A DNA stretch of 64,000 bases, from positions 1,122,757 through 1,186,756 of the forward strand of contig JAAOMT010000134.1 in the NCBI GenBank assembly GCA_016748015.1, read 5' to 3'. Within the stretch, counting starts at the first letter, position 1, and each line of letters opens with the position of its first letter. This stretch comes from Geosiphon pyriformis uo1 (lineage: Eukaryota > Fungi > Glomeromycota). The notes under the pieces are model-generated. The model saw only the letters and a list, made by a program, of their open reading frames with translations. It did no database searches and was not told where the DNA came from. Positions 12,579 through 25,873 of the stretch are shown here, in pieces. The translations under genes and the position numbers were made by a program.

Positions 12579-13318
12579 TGTTACAGATGTTTACTTGGTT
12601 GTTGGAGTAAATAACAAACCCATAACTTGGTGCTCAAGGCTGTTGTTGATGATGAAAATCTGAAGATGAGTTTATTTGAAGGTTTTAGTTGAGTGTCCTA
12701 CTCTTATTTCTGGGTCTTTTATCAATGCTATATCCTGACATCAGTACTCTGTGCATTAATCTTTAATAGAGTTAGTAATAACAACAATTAAAACAAGAAA
12801 ATAAAAGAAATAACATAAAATAAGCCAAGGCAATGAACAAGTTAGTATTCCATCAATAGTCATGATCAAGAGCTATTGGTATAGTGTAATTACATATCAA
12901 TGATTATCAACATGAAGTGTTGATAGTGGAGAGTGGAATTGGATAGTGAATGATTTTTTTTTATTTATTATTTGTAAATGGAAGATTTCTAACTAATGGA
13001 TTCTTCTCTTTTTATTTCTACTGCTACTGCTATATATATATGATTGATGTTTTATGAGATCACTTATATTTCTGAGCAATGTGCTATGATTTCTTGAGCA
13101 ATGTTCATATTGCTAAGCAATGTGCTCTAATTTTCTAACATCACTCCACATTGCTAAGCAATGTGCCATGTTTTCTGATATTGCTCCACATTGCTAAGCA
13201 ATATGCCATAATTTTTAATATTGCTTCATATTGCTAAACAATATGCTCACATGCTAAATACTATTCTCTTATTGGTCCACTATTTTCTATATCTGTTTTC
13301 TTTCTTTTATGAGTAACA
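12579..13318 (-). repeat. 5' LTR of Gypsy B (740 bp, ~127-bp internal deletion)
   Basis: Colinear with 3281-4147 except for a deletion joined at TTGAGT (~12689-12694). Confidence 0.95.
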
Positions 13319-13770
13319 CTATTAGCTTGTTATTTCAATGTGTAATAGTATTTTTAATAACAAGTATTTTAGCTAAAATAATACTGTTAATTTTTATTGT
13401 AATTATTTTTCAAATTTTTTTATTATTATAAAGATATTTATTTAGTTTAATTAAAACATAGTTATATATAATATTATAATATTTTTTATTGTATTTAAAT
13501 ATATATTAAAATTATGTATTAATATAATTTATTATATTTTGTTTTTTTGATATGGTATTTTATATATATTAATTAAATAAAGTTTTTTTATTTTTTAAAT
13601 TATTTAATAATTTTTTTATAATATATTTTACAATTAATTATATTTAGGAAAAAACTTCTTTCTCTTCTACCTCCAAAAATTCTTAAAAAGCATATTTTCT
13701 GAAAAAAAAGTTTTTTAATTTTTCTTGTTAGTTTTCTTTCAATATTTCTTTAAATAATAACCCTTTTATT

Positions 13771-15672
13771 GTGGATTTAAAGACTACTTCAGGTGGTGAT
13801 ATGTCAAAAAAGAAGGTGTCCAAAAGTGCTTTCCATGGTCCTGTTGATGGTTCTTTTACTTAAAAGAAGAAAGTAGTTCTTGGAAATATTAAACACTCTA
13901 ATAATGAGAAGAATATTTCTTTGAATAAATCTGGGCTTAATAATAGTGTGTATTCTGATGTGAATAGTTTGTCTGGTAATGATAAGGATGTTAGCATGGC
14001 TGGTGTAAATAGTGAGTCTCTTCTGGGTTCGGCTGCAACTACTCTCAAGACAAAATGTATCAATATTGGTATAGTGTTTGGCTCTCCTCTTGGCTCTCCT
14101 GATTTTACTATGAATAATGATGAAATTGCACTTCCTCTTTGCTTGTCTATCTCTCTGAAAAAAAAGTGGATTGATCCAAAGATCATTAAAACTCTGGTGG
14201 AAGTGTTAGTCAGGAAGTCTTTTGCTTTGGATATTAATCTTTCAGCAGTGGTTGGCAAATCTGCCACAGCAAAAACCCAACTCATCAGAAAAATTTTTTC
14301 ATCAGTCAATGGTTTTGGGGGGGCCACTACTCCCTCAAAATTTGAAGAGATCATTTGATCTATTTTTACTTCTGAAGAGAACATGAATAAGGCTGCTTTA
14401 TTGGCCAAAGAAAAAGGGATTAATGTAAATAGCAATCTCAAAGACAAGGAATTTGTTCAGATTGAGCTGTGGTCATAAAAAAAATTCTCATGGATATGCC
14501 TAAGGAAATAATTATCACTGCAGTATCTAAATTTGGTAATATTAAGTCGATTAGAGTTTAATTGATTGGCATATGGCAAAAGACTGGTAGAATTTGCTAG
14601 TTCAGATTAAGCTGAGCAACTGGCATCTAGATAGTCCTTCCTCATTGAGAAAAACTCTGTGCACGTGGCTATAGCTGTAAGAGATCATGAGACTTGGGCT
14701 TTTAGGGATCAGTTTAAAGTACTCTTGTTTACTCTATCAGTGGGAACAATGGCACATAATCTTGGCACTCTCTTGAATAGAGCTGGTGGAAAAACATGTG
14801 TAATCAATCATTCTGTTGATATTGGAAATAAGATCTATTGTGCTATGATTGGCTTTGAATCTGAAGAGGATTTGGAGTTTGCTTATTGCATTGAGCCAAT
14901 ATTTAGTGGTGTTAAACTTTCTTGGGCAAGAATAGATCTGGTTTGGTGTGAGTGTTGTGGAAAATTTGGTTATTCTGTTTTGAAGTGTAATGCCACAATT
15001 ACATCTACTTTCAAGTCATACAAACCATTTAAAAAAAGTACTTTAGAGGAAAATTGCCTTCGTCTGGCTAAATTGTATGCCAAGAAGAACATCTCCATCT
15101 TTCATCTAGCTGCTTTTGGTGACAGATCTTGGGCTCAAGTAGTTCTGGCTGCATTCACCTCTCATGATCACTCTGCTGGAACAGATTCTGGTCTCTTTCT
15201 TATTGTTAGTATAGATTCTGATGGCAAATACCCCTTTCTCACTTTATTGGACTCTTTTTTAGATGCACATTTGTTAATATTGGAACACTTTCTTAAGCTT
15301 TTGTCTAATCAGATGTTGGACATTGTAAAATGGTTAAATGGTGTTGTACTGGTACCTTTGGTGCCCATCTCTCATTAGAGTTCTTTAACTTCTATCTCTT
15401 AATCTCCTATTTCAGTTTTATTTGCAGTTGTAGATGCTAGTGTGGATTTGAATATGATTTTAGATGTTTCTGATGCTCGTCCTGCACCTTCTTCTCTTGT
15501 TGATAATGATGCCTCAGTTTTTAGCTCAAGTAGTGCGAGAGTGTTAATTTCCAAGGTTAGCAGTCTTGAGTCAAAATTGGTGGCTCTTGAAGCTTCTGTT
15601 GGTTCTGTTTTGAAGAAGTTAGATCTGTTGTGTGCTGGCTTGGGTTTCCAGAAATTTTCTTTATCTCAATGA
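13771..15672 (+). pseudogene. LINE ORF1 (RRM-like domains, CCHC knuckle, coiled-coil C-terminus)
   Basis: Fragments in the ORF track from 13921 to 15672, knuckle CECCGKFGYSVLKC and heptad SKVSSLESKLVALEASVGSVLKKLD. Confidence 0.85.
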
Positions 15673-17701
15673 GTAATCTAGTTTAAAAGATTGCTACATG
15701 TAACATTCGAGGTATTAATGTCTCTACTAAACAAAATGACATCATGTGTTAACATAAAAAATTTGGGAATATGGTTTTGTTTATTATAGAAACAAAGTTA
15801 AGACCTAGTACTAGGCCATAAATCATGAATAAGTTTAAAGGGGTTCGAATTTTCTCATCTGTTTTGGATAAAGATTTTCTTGGGACTGGAGTGGTGGTTA
15901 TTATAAACAATTCTTTAGCTCACCATGTTTCTAAAGTAGAAGAAGTTCCTAGTTATCTTATTTTGGTTTGGCTTCTCTTTAAAGACAAACTTTTAGTTAC
16001 ATTTTTGGGTTTATATGCTGGTGCATCTGCTAAAGTTAAATTTGGACTTGCTCAGAAATCAACTCTCTCATAGCTAAGACAGTTAATTCTAGCAGTTTTG
16101 TTGTTTTGGGTGGGGACTTTAATGAGAATGGGTCTAAGAAAAGTACCAGTTACAAGTTTTGTTTGGACACAGAGTTGATTAACTCGTTTCAAGGACATTT
16201 TTTAATTAAGACTCCTACTTGGGGCAATTCTAGGGGCACTTTAAAAGTTATTGATTTCATTTTTGTGAGTAATAATCTGGCATCTGTAGTGGCATTGCAT
16301 ATTGTCAATAATGTATTAGAATTTTTTGATACAGATCATAAATCAATTTTGGTTTTAGTTGGTTTGGGTGGACTTTTAGACACTTGTCTTAACAGTGTTT
16401 ACAAACAAGCCAATAAGGACTAATAGAAATTTAAGTTGGAGAATGCCAATGAGGTGCAATAAGTGCATTTTAAGAAGCTCTTTTTGGCTGAATTGCTAAT
16501 GTATTCAAATGGGTTTCAAGAAATGAAAAACAACAGTAATCTGGATACAATGTGGGAGGCATTGAAAAAAACCTTAATGCATGCTGCTGATGTAGTATTC
16601 TCTAAACATTGGCTTAGTGAATATAATTGCTCAAGAAACAGACAATCTTTGAAATTCTTCAAATTAGAGCTGCTTATCTTGAGGATTGTAAAGGCTTTTA
16701 GTTCTGGAGATCTTTTGGAATCTAACTGGCTTATTAAGGTTTGGTCAGTTGTTAATAATAAAAAGGCATCTAAGTTTGCCAGGTTGGTTCTAAATGGTGC
16801 TGATCTATTAGAATTGTTGAAATATTTGTCAATTGTAAAGAAAGGATACTGGAAGTCTAAATATTATGAGTCAAGAGCATCTGAAGATGCTGTTATTAAA
16901 AAGACTATTAACCATCATATAAAGAATTTTTGTTTTGACAAAGAGAGGATGATAAAAAGTATTTTGGAGCATTCATTTTACAAGATCATTTTAGATCACT
17001 TAGTGATAGATAATGAATTAGTAATTGAGCCTGATAAGGTCAAGCTTAAAGTTGATGAGATTATGGAAGGGTGGACAAGAAAGTGGTCAATGTTTTCACA
17101 AATGCCCAATCTTTGGTCTCACCAGTATATGCTTTTGAATTATGTTAATGATAATGCTTTTTCTGGTGTAATGAAGGAGATTGATATGGAAGAATTGTCC
17201 TTAGTTGTTGACAATCTGCCAAATGAAAAAGCTGCTGAGTTACCAGAGATACCTAATAAGCTTTAGAAACATTGTGGTATAAAGGTTCTGGCTTTTTTCT
17301 TGAAGCTGCTAAATTTGTGTTTGATATTGGATGTGACTCCTACATCTTGGAGAAAATTGTGGGTATCAATAATTTCCAAGCCTTATGAATAGAATGGTGT
17401 GTTGACAAATACTAAACCTATCACTTTAATTGAAACAGCTCAGAAAATCTTGTCTAAAATTTTATTTGATCAAATTTCATTAGCTTGTAGCAAATTTAAT
17501 GTTCTTTGTGGTGACAACTTTTCAGTATTGAAGGGCACTTCAACTCAATCTCCTATTTTTGCTGTTGAGTTAGTGGTAAAAGATGCTTTGGAGAAGGATA
17601 GAGAACTTTGGCTGGTTTTGCAGAACATGCGCAAAGCTTATAACTTAGTAGGCTGGCATCATTTGCAAACCAGTTTGTGCCATATTAAAATGTGCAGTCA
17701 A
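15669..17701 (+). pseudogene. LINE ORF2 5' half: APE endonuclease and start of RT
   Basis: Endonuclease motifs IATCNIRG, ETKL, GGDFNE, IDFIFVS and TDH; RT motifs NTKPITLIET and QNMRKAYNLV. The ATG overlaps the ORF1 TGA (ATGA). Confidence 0.92.
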
Positions 17702-18502
17702 TGTTACTCATAGAATATATGAAATATATTAGCATATGAAATAGCCAATTAGAGGTAATCATAGTAAATATGGAATTTCAGGATTCCTCGCAAAAGAAAT
17801 TCCAGAATTCCAGAATTCCAGGATTCTTCGCAAAAAGGATTACAAGATTGCAGGAATCCCAGGATTCCTGAGGTAAAGAATTGAGGAATTGAGGAATCTC
17901 AATTATGTATATATAGCAGTAATGTTAGAAGTAGAAAAGACAGAATCCTTTAGTTAGAAATTTTTCATTTACCAAATATTAAATAAATAAATCATTTACT
18001 CTTCAAATCCATTCTCCACTATCAACACTTCATGTTAATAGTAATTGATACTTAACTATACTGGAACAATAGCTCTTGATTACAGCTATTGATGAGATAC
18101 TAACTTGTGCATTGCCTTGGCTTATTTCTTTATTTTCTTTTATTTTTCTTTCTTCTTTGATTTTCTTGTTGAATACTAACTGATTAAGGACTAAAGTGCT
18201 GAATTACTGATGTCAAGGATTGCCTGGTAAAAGACTCCTGCGAGTGGGTAGGACACATACAGTAAATATGGAATACTTATCAAAGAATTGTCAGCCACTA
18301 CACTGAGAGAAGAATTGACAGAATTGCGATTCTGGGAAGCTACAGATAAAACAACCATTGAATCTCTGTCCATTATACAAAAGACTCCAACAAAACCTTC
18401 AGACTACAAAACCTTTAGATTACTATTAAATGCGAACAGCCTTTGAGCACCAAGTTACAAGTTTGTTAATTGCCTTGAGACCCCAAGTAATCACCTGTAA
18501 CA
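17702..18502 (+). repeat. 5' LTR of Gypsy C (801 bp)
   Basis: TGTTAC...GTAACA, gapless match to 27952-28752. Confidence 0.97.
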
Positions 18503-18504
18503 TT

Positions 18505-18521
18505 TAGTGCTTCCTGTGAGG
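18505..18521 (+). other. Primer-binding site of Gypsy C
   Basis: TAGTGCTTCCTGTGAGG (TGG>TAG), the same site as in copy B. Confidence 0.85.
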
Positions 18522-21500
18522 TATAATCCTACAGAAAACCAGCACCAACAACTCCATCCAAAAGTGGCAGAATCAGAAAGCATAGGAGCAAACCATCTAA
18601 GATTCATAAAATCTTTATTTCAACATTATTGCCAACACTTAGAATTAAACCATAATCACATATCAGCAGAATCAGTCTTCAATTTCTATATTAATGAGAA
18701 AATTACATATTTGTTAGGTACATCAGTAAATATTGAATCAGCAAAAGAAACTTTTTACAATGAATTAATTCAAAACACCAGTCTACCAACAAATCATAAT
18801 TTCACATCTATTATTACTAAGATCAACAAAGAAATCAAATATCACACACAGTAAAGATACCTAATTACTTATACAAATAAAGGTAAAGGAAAACTACAAA
18901 CACCAGCAGTAACACCCCAAAGAATACAACCCCTACTTGGAAGAAAACAAGAGTTAAATCACCAATCAACCCATCATACCATTATACACCCAGAAGTGCC
19001 ATCAATATAACATCAATAGGTATGTCCACAGCAACTATAATATTAGCATTTAGAAAATTTTTATTTCAAAGTAAACAAAAAAAAAAGGATCTATTAGGAC
19101 TATATAGCAAATATTTTAAAGGATTTAAATCTAGATTGCCAATGCCATTAGGATTTCAATTCCTGCCACCTCAACCAGATTTTGGAACAGCAAGTCCATG
19201 GAAAATCACTGAATTGAAAGAAAAATAAGAAGAAAAGGAAGAAGAATCTGAGAATCAAGAATTCACTTACCAGAACCCGATCACTGAAAACTCAGAATTT
19301 GAAACTCCAAATTTTCAAATGCAGCCAAATTTAAATCCAGAAAACCTGGAAATCAAAACTCTGAATATTCAAACACTGCCAATTCAAGATAATCAAAACC
19401 CCAAAACAATCAATCAGCAAAACTTACCTCCAGAAATCATCATCAATCAGCCACCAATTGAACTGATTATTGAACCAATTCAACAGCAGCCACTCCAGCA
19501 ACCAATTCAACATCTACAACAGCCAATTCAACAGCCACCAGTACCACCTCCACAGTAACAAAAACAACCCATGGCATTTGCACCAATTGTGAAACTTGAG
19601 AAGTTCACCAGCGAAGAGGACGATGCCCAGGTATGAATCAATGATGTCGCCAAAGCAATCATGGCAAATAACTGGGATAACCAAAGAGCCCTCCAAGCAA
19701 TTTCATACTTTCTCCAGAATACTGCTGATTCCTGGTATCAAAGTTTAGCAGCCAGACCACAAAACTTCCAGGAATTCAAACTGGAGTTTTTGAGATATTT
19801 CAGTAATAATAATAGTATTAATTGCTTAACCAACACTTTTATTACTATCAAACAAAGGGAAACAGAAGCAGTCGTCACTTACCTAAGATGCTTCCATAGA
19901 AATCTGCGACAGATTCAAGCGATCGACGCTGACTATTTTACAGTGCCACAAATCCTCAACCAGTTTATCTGTGGCCTGTGCAGTAGCATTTTGCAGCATG
20001 TATGCACATTGTATTCCAACACCCTTCAAGATGCAGTTACACACACCAGAAATTTCGAGTCAGCAGAGTTAGAAGCCAATTATACTCAAGCCATAAACCT
20101 AGTGATGAACAGATCATCTGAACTGGATTCCAAATTAAAACAATTCAGTGATTCAATTAATCAGAAATTAGAAGGATACTTAGCTGACAATCACACAATT
20201 TATTAACCACCCAATGACGCCATAATTTGGGAAATGCAAACCGTTTCCAAAATCAGTCGCATCCATCATTGTCAATAGTACCAAATCAGTCGTGGCAGTA
20301 AGAAATGCATGTCTGTTACAACTGTGATAAGCAAGGTCATATTCGAATCAATTGCCATACTTATAGCAACTCACAATCAGAAAATCAATGTCAAAACCCT
20401 GATCACCAGTTCCAAACCCTGAATAACTATTAAAATCAAGATTAATCTACTTACCAGTTCAGAATGCAACAGCCAATCTATCAACCACCAGTATATCAAC
20501 TACAGACCATTTACCAACTGCAGCCACTAGTAATTTATCAACCACCATCTCAAACAATTTATCAGCTGCAGCCCCAGTTAATCTATCAAACACCCCAAAT
20601 TCAAACACTACCACAAAACTTATCTCAAAACAGAACCCAAAGGCTGAAAATGACACAACAAAACTGGAAATTGGCAATGATAGTTCACTAACCAATCTCC
20701 AGTTCATCAACACAACAATCTGGATCTCGTCAGCAGAATTCAGGCACCAGTTTTACCCAAAATCAGAATTTCCAACTCTATTTAAGTCTCTTGGTTACTC
20801 CAGAAAATGCCATCTCCCACAACTCAGAAGCCAATTGACAATCAGCACTTACCAACAACATACCTCCAGCCACTATCACCAATAACAAAATATTGGCTGC
20901 CATATTCCCTTTCAAACTTGAAGAAACCACAACAGTACCACTATTCAGTAGAGCCACTCTAGAAGAAAAACCTATCACAGTGATGTACACTGATACAAAA
21001 ATCGATGGCCACCTCATCAAACTGATCCTAGATAGTGAATCAGCTGGCAGCATCATCACAAGACAACTCATGGATCAATTAGGTCGCCGAGTTGATCGAG
21101 CTGCTAGTGCAAGAATCATTACTGCTAATGGAGCAACCAAAACTCTTATTGGTGAAATTGACAACTTCTCTATAGAAGTTAGTGGCATAATTATCCCAAT
21201 CAAGATACTAGGCATGAAAGCCACTCAGTACTAAGTACTAGTTGGTAATAACTGGCTTACCAAAACAAATGCCATCCTCAATTGGACCACTCAGAAGTTA
21301 CAACTTAGCCAAAACAGCTGACATACATGAGTACCAGCAATGTGTGGCCATTTCAAACCCAGTTACATACCAGTCCCACTAATCAACTTGGAGGAAGAGA
21401 AGCCAAAACCCACCTGGGAAGCATACCAAGTGTCATGGGCTGATGTTGATCACAACAAACTGCTGCCAATACTCACTTGGGATGACAATGACCAAGAAAA

Positions 21501-22813
21501 GGGAAAAAAAAGGAAGAACTTACCTGGAACACTGACCAAGCCTGAGAAATCAACAATGATCAAAAAGACCCATCAACCTGGAAGTGGAAGAGAAGCAATC
21601 AAGAAAAAGAAAAAGAAAATAAAGAAAACCGACTTGAAACCAATAAAACCACCAAAGCCAGCACCAGTGGCTGGGGAAGATTCTACTCAACCAACACCAG
21701 ACCAGAGCCACCATGTATTCCTCTTAAGTGTAAAGACTGCAACAAGAAGTTGTTTTCAATGAAAGCTTGGGTTGTGCCAGATGAAGACTACTGAATATGC
21801 ACTTATTACTATTGTAAACCATGTCACCGTAAATGTTATGGATATCCAAAGTGCCAAGGCAAGTAGAACAACAAACCATGTTTTACTTATGGCAAACAGC
21901 TACTCGATGAAGAGATATGGAATAACATTCCTGGTTGAGGAGGAATGTGTGACACTTTATGTCAGTACACAATCCTTATTAGCGACTGGGTGAGTCGTAA
22001 AACACCCATCACAGCAGTCTGGCACTGAGCAATCTCTCGCTTAGAAGGCTATCCACACAATGAGAACAAGATCTGACAAATGGCCAACGCTAAAGTAGAA
22101 GGCACTTTGCTCAATGAAATTTTGGAGATCAAGAACAACTCTTCAGAACCAACAGACATTGTATTGGTTCTCAACTCAGATGTCTTTCTTGACTTAGAAA
22201 ACAGCCCAGAAAAATTCCATGAACACTATTAGAATCTAGCACTCATAAGAGAAGAGCAAGAGCAATGTTTGAAGGAAATCAATACCCAATTATGTGACCA
22301 CTGTTTAATTCTATGTGACTTCCAATTCTGTAATAAGTGTGACCTCATCTAAAATCCACCATCATGAATGATCTACATGATCTCAAAGAAAATCAAACCA
22401 ATCAGCAGTTGCACATCAGAATCAGAATCAATTTTCAATTTCAATTCAAACTCTGACAATGACAATGACGAAAACACCAGTTCCAGTTCTATTCAAAATG
22501 GTAATGAGACCAACAGCAATTGGGACTCTGATTCAAACCCAAAAATATATAACGCACTTTCTGACCTCACCAAGGAGCAGACCTTGAAATGGTTTAGCAA
22601 TAATGACAAAGATATTATGTCAGAATGTGCACATAATACTAAGATATTCAGGGAAAAATGCCATCAAATTAGAGCCACATTTGTGCACCTGCATCAATTT
22701 GAAAATAGCATTGAAAATACCAGCAACAACCATGGTTCAACTAGCTTCCAGAAGTAGTTTAGCAAAAAGAGGGATTACTATAAGAGAAAGAATAATTGAT
22801 GCTGGATATATGG

Positions 22814-23796
22814 TGTTACCAGAGGTTTTTGGTCTCTTCTTAGCTCTTGTATGTTTATTGCAATGCTGTTAATTCATGACTATGGGAAGTGTTTAAACCT
22901 CCGATAACTGAATTTATCTTCAAATTATCTCCTATAATTTGAACTGCTGGGCTTATAAGTAGAATGACCAATTCTGTGCCAGTTGCTTTGTGTAGTTACA
23001 TTGTAGTAAATGCCAACTCTTTTCCAAGAATTGCTCGTCTGGAAGCTCACTAAAAATGTGTAGTTACTTTGCTGTAAAAGTCAACTCTTCTACAGGAATC
23101 TTGTCTGTAGGTTACCCTAATGATTATGATAAAAAAATAAAAGAAAGAAAATAAAAGAAATGTAAAAGAAATAGAATTCTGTTAAGGAAAACATTTTTTA
23201 TCCAGGCCTAGAATCACTAACAGTTTACTGAAATTGGTAGCTAATCAATTTCAAAATGTTAATTAGGTTTTTGGGAATTTTTTAAATGCAATAATTAAAG
23301 AATTTGGGTTTTTAAATTATTTGATATTTATTTTTTTTCATGTGTATAGGAATAATTCTAAGTAATAAATCTAAAATAAGATACATTTTCTCAAAGAGAG
23401 AAGCTTTTTTTTTATACAACTTGTTGTAATACTATTCTCTGAACTTAAACTCTGCTATTTTCTACAATTTTGTTGAACTAAAGATATATTTCAGTGAACT
23501 ACAAGTTATTTCTGCAAACTATTAGATATTTCGGTGAATTATCAATTATTTCAGCAAATTTCTACAAATTTCAGCAAACTTTTTGAATGTTACATAGTTT
23601 GGGATATTACATGATTAATCATTGCAATTAGGTTACATTTATGTTATGTACAAATTGGGTTATTAATTAAATAATAATTTCAGACATTTTGCTAATGTAA
23701 TGAGTGATAATTTGAACGATAATATATGCTAATTAATAATAGAAATTATAAAGATAATTTTATGCTAAATAATATCTCTAATTTTGTCTGGTAACA
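22814..23796. mobile_element. Solo LTR of a different LTR family (983 bp) inserted in the dUTPase of Gypsy C
   Basis: Perfect 10-bp terminal inverted repeat TGTTACCAGA...TCTGGTAACA and 4-bp TSD ATGG/ATGA. Excision rejoins DAGY-M-G/R-NIMTML. No coding content. Confidence 0.88.
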
Positions 23797-25873
23797 ATGA
23801 GAAATATCATGACAATGCTACAAAATAACTCAGAAAAGACCTATATTATAGAACCAAATGAAAAGATAACACAGGCAATATTCTTGCCTCTGGTTAGAGT
23901 AGCTCAGTTAGTATCAGTGAAAAAAAGGGAAGAATTAGGAATAACTGCTAGAAGAATACAGAGATTTGGATCCACGGATAGAATAGACGTACCAGTCAAT
24001 ATGGCAGAAGAAAAAATTATTGGCCAAGGAGAAATTATCTCAACCAGTCAAGTAATTTTTATTCCACCATATGACCAGTACATAGTAGTTATAGAGAGAA
24101 AAGTGAAAGATAAGGATCAGATTTTTGAAGCAAATACAAGTCTTTGTGAATCAAGAAAGATTGGACTTATTAATCTCTACATACCAGCCAAAAGCCACAA
24201 CCATATTAAAATTCCCATTTACAACACAACAAGAGATGCTATCACAATACCAGAGGGAATTATCATTGGATACATGAGCATTGAATTAAAAAATCAACCA
24301 CCAAGCATTATTCCAGATTTTCCACAGCTTTGTGGATATGTTGACATCACATCACAAACAATATATAGACAAAATGAATGTTATTTGCTCCAACCAGAAC
24401 AATTGGAACAAATAAACATGGAAAATCTAGACCCACTTCAATGCATGTAGCTGAAGATGTTGCTCAACAACTTCAATGACATCTTTGCTAGTGAAAACAA
24501 ATTTGGCAGAACTGACATTATCCAACACCAAATCAAAACTGAAGATACTATGCCAATAAAACAATAAGCATACAGAGTACCACCAGCCAGCCATGAAATC
24601 ATTCGTTAAGAAATCAACCGGATGCTTAACATTGGGTTAATTCAGTCATCAATGAGCCCATGATCATCACCCGTAATACTCATCTGGAAAAAAAATGGGA
24701 AAATCTGCTTTTGTGTAGACTACAGAAAGCTTAATGGAGTCACACATGAAGACAGCTATCTAACTCTATAAATTCAGAAACTATTTGATGCTTTTGGAGG
24801 AAACAAATGGTTCTTAACATTAGATTTAGATAGTGAGTATTGGCAAGTAGCCATGAATTCAGTGGACAAAGAAAAGACAGCATTCACAACATGAGAAAAA
24901 AATTTTGAATTTGAAGTGATGCCATTTGGCTTAACAAATACACCAGCCACATTCCAATGGCTAATGGAAATAGTATATACTGGCTTGTTGTGGAAATTAG
25001 TAGTTGTTTATTTAGACGACATCAATGTATTTTGCAAAACATTTGACAATCATTTGCATTATCTATAACAAGTGTTCAAAAGGCTACGATGAGCAGGACT
25101 AAAGTTAAACGCCAATAAGTGCTTCTTTGACAAAACAGAATTAAACTTTTTAGGGCACATAGTAAGCAAAGATGGCATCAAAACAGATTCAGAAAAGATA
25201 GAGATAGTCAAGAACTTTCCAGTACCAACCAATGTGACAGAGTTAAAGTTATTCTTGAAATTCGCAGATTATTATCGACATTTCATCAAAAACTTTTTCA
25301 AGATAGCTCAACCACTCAATCATCTCCAAACCAAGAATGTGAAATATGAATAGACAGAAGCACAACAAGAAGCTTTTGATATTCTAAGAAGAAAGCTTAT
25401 ACAAGCTCCAGTACTGATCTATCCAGATCACAATAAATCATTCATTATTACCACCAATGCATCAGGCCAAGCATTGGGAGCAGTACTATCACAGAAAGAA
25501 CCAAATAGAAGAGAACATCCAGTTGCATATGCCAGCTGAGGTTTAACTCCAGCCAAAAAGAACTATAAGACACCAGAATTAGAACACTTAGCAATCTATT
25601 AGGCAATCATGAAATGGAAAGAATATCTGAGCCAGAAGTTTGAGGTGTATACAGATCACAAAGGACTAATATCACTCCAAAAACAAGAATTTCAAGATGG
25701 CAGACAATTCAAATGAAAAATGGCACTCTCACTATATACTTATATCATACAGTATAAAAAGGGAAAAAACAATGGAAATATGGATAGTTTGTCACAAATA
25801 AGACAAATCTAAGAACATTTCTACTCAAAAATATAACAAAACCAAACCAAATCCAATGAAAATATAACAAAAA

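Larger units (their letters stand above)
3281..13318 (-). mobile_element. Full-length Ty3/Gypsy copy B (~10.0 kb), degenerate
   Basis: Two LTRs (3281-4147, 12579-13318), 4-bp TSD CTAT (3277-3280 and 13319-13322), PBS, PPT and domain order PR-RT-RH-IN. Confidence 0.96.
18504..25812 (+). pseudogene. Gypsy C Gag-PR-Cys-rich-dUTPase-RT-RNase H polyprotein, interrupted by a solo LTR
   Basis: Capsid at 19570-20206, CYNCDKQGHIRINC knuckle, LILDSESAGS protease, dUTPase split at 22813/23797, YLDD at ~25010-25020 and RNase H ending in TAA at 25810-25812. Confidence 0.93.

Noticed and set aside
13600-13660. LINE target-site duplication
   Set aside because: Flanks are almost pure A/T, so any match is uninformative.
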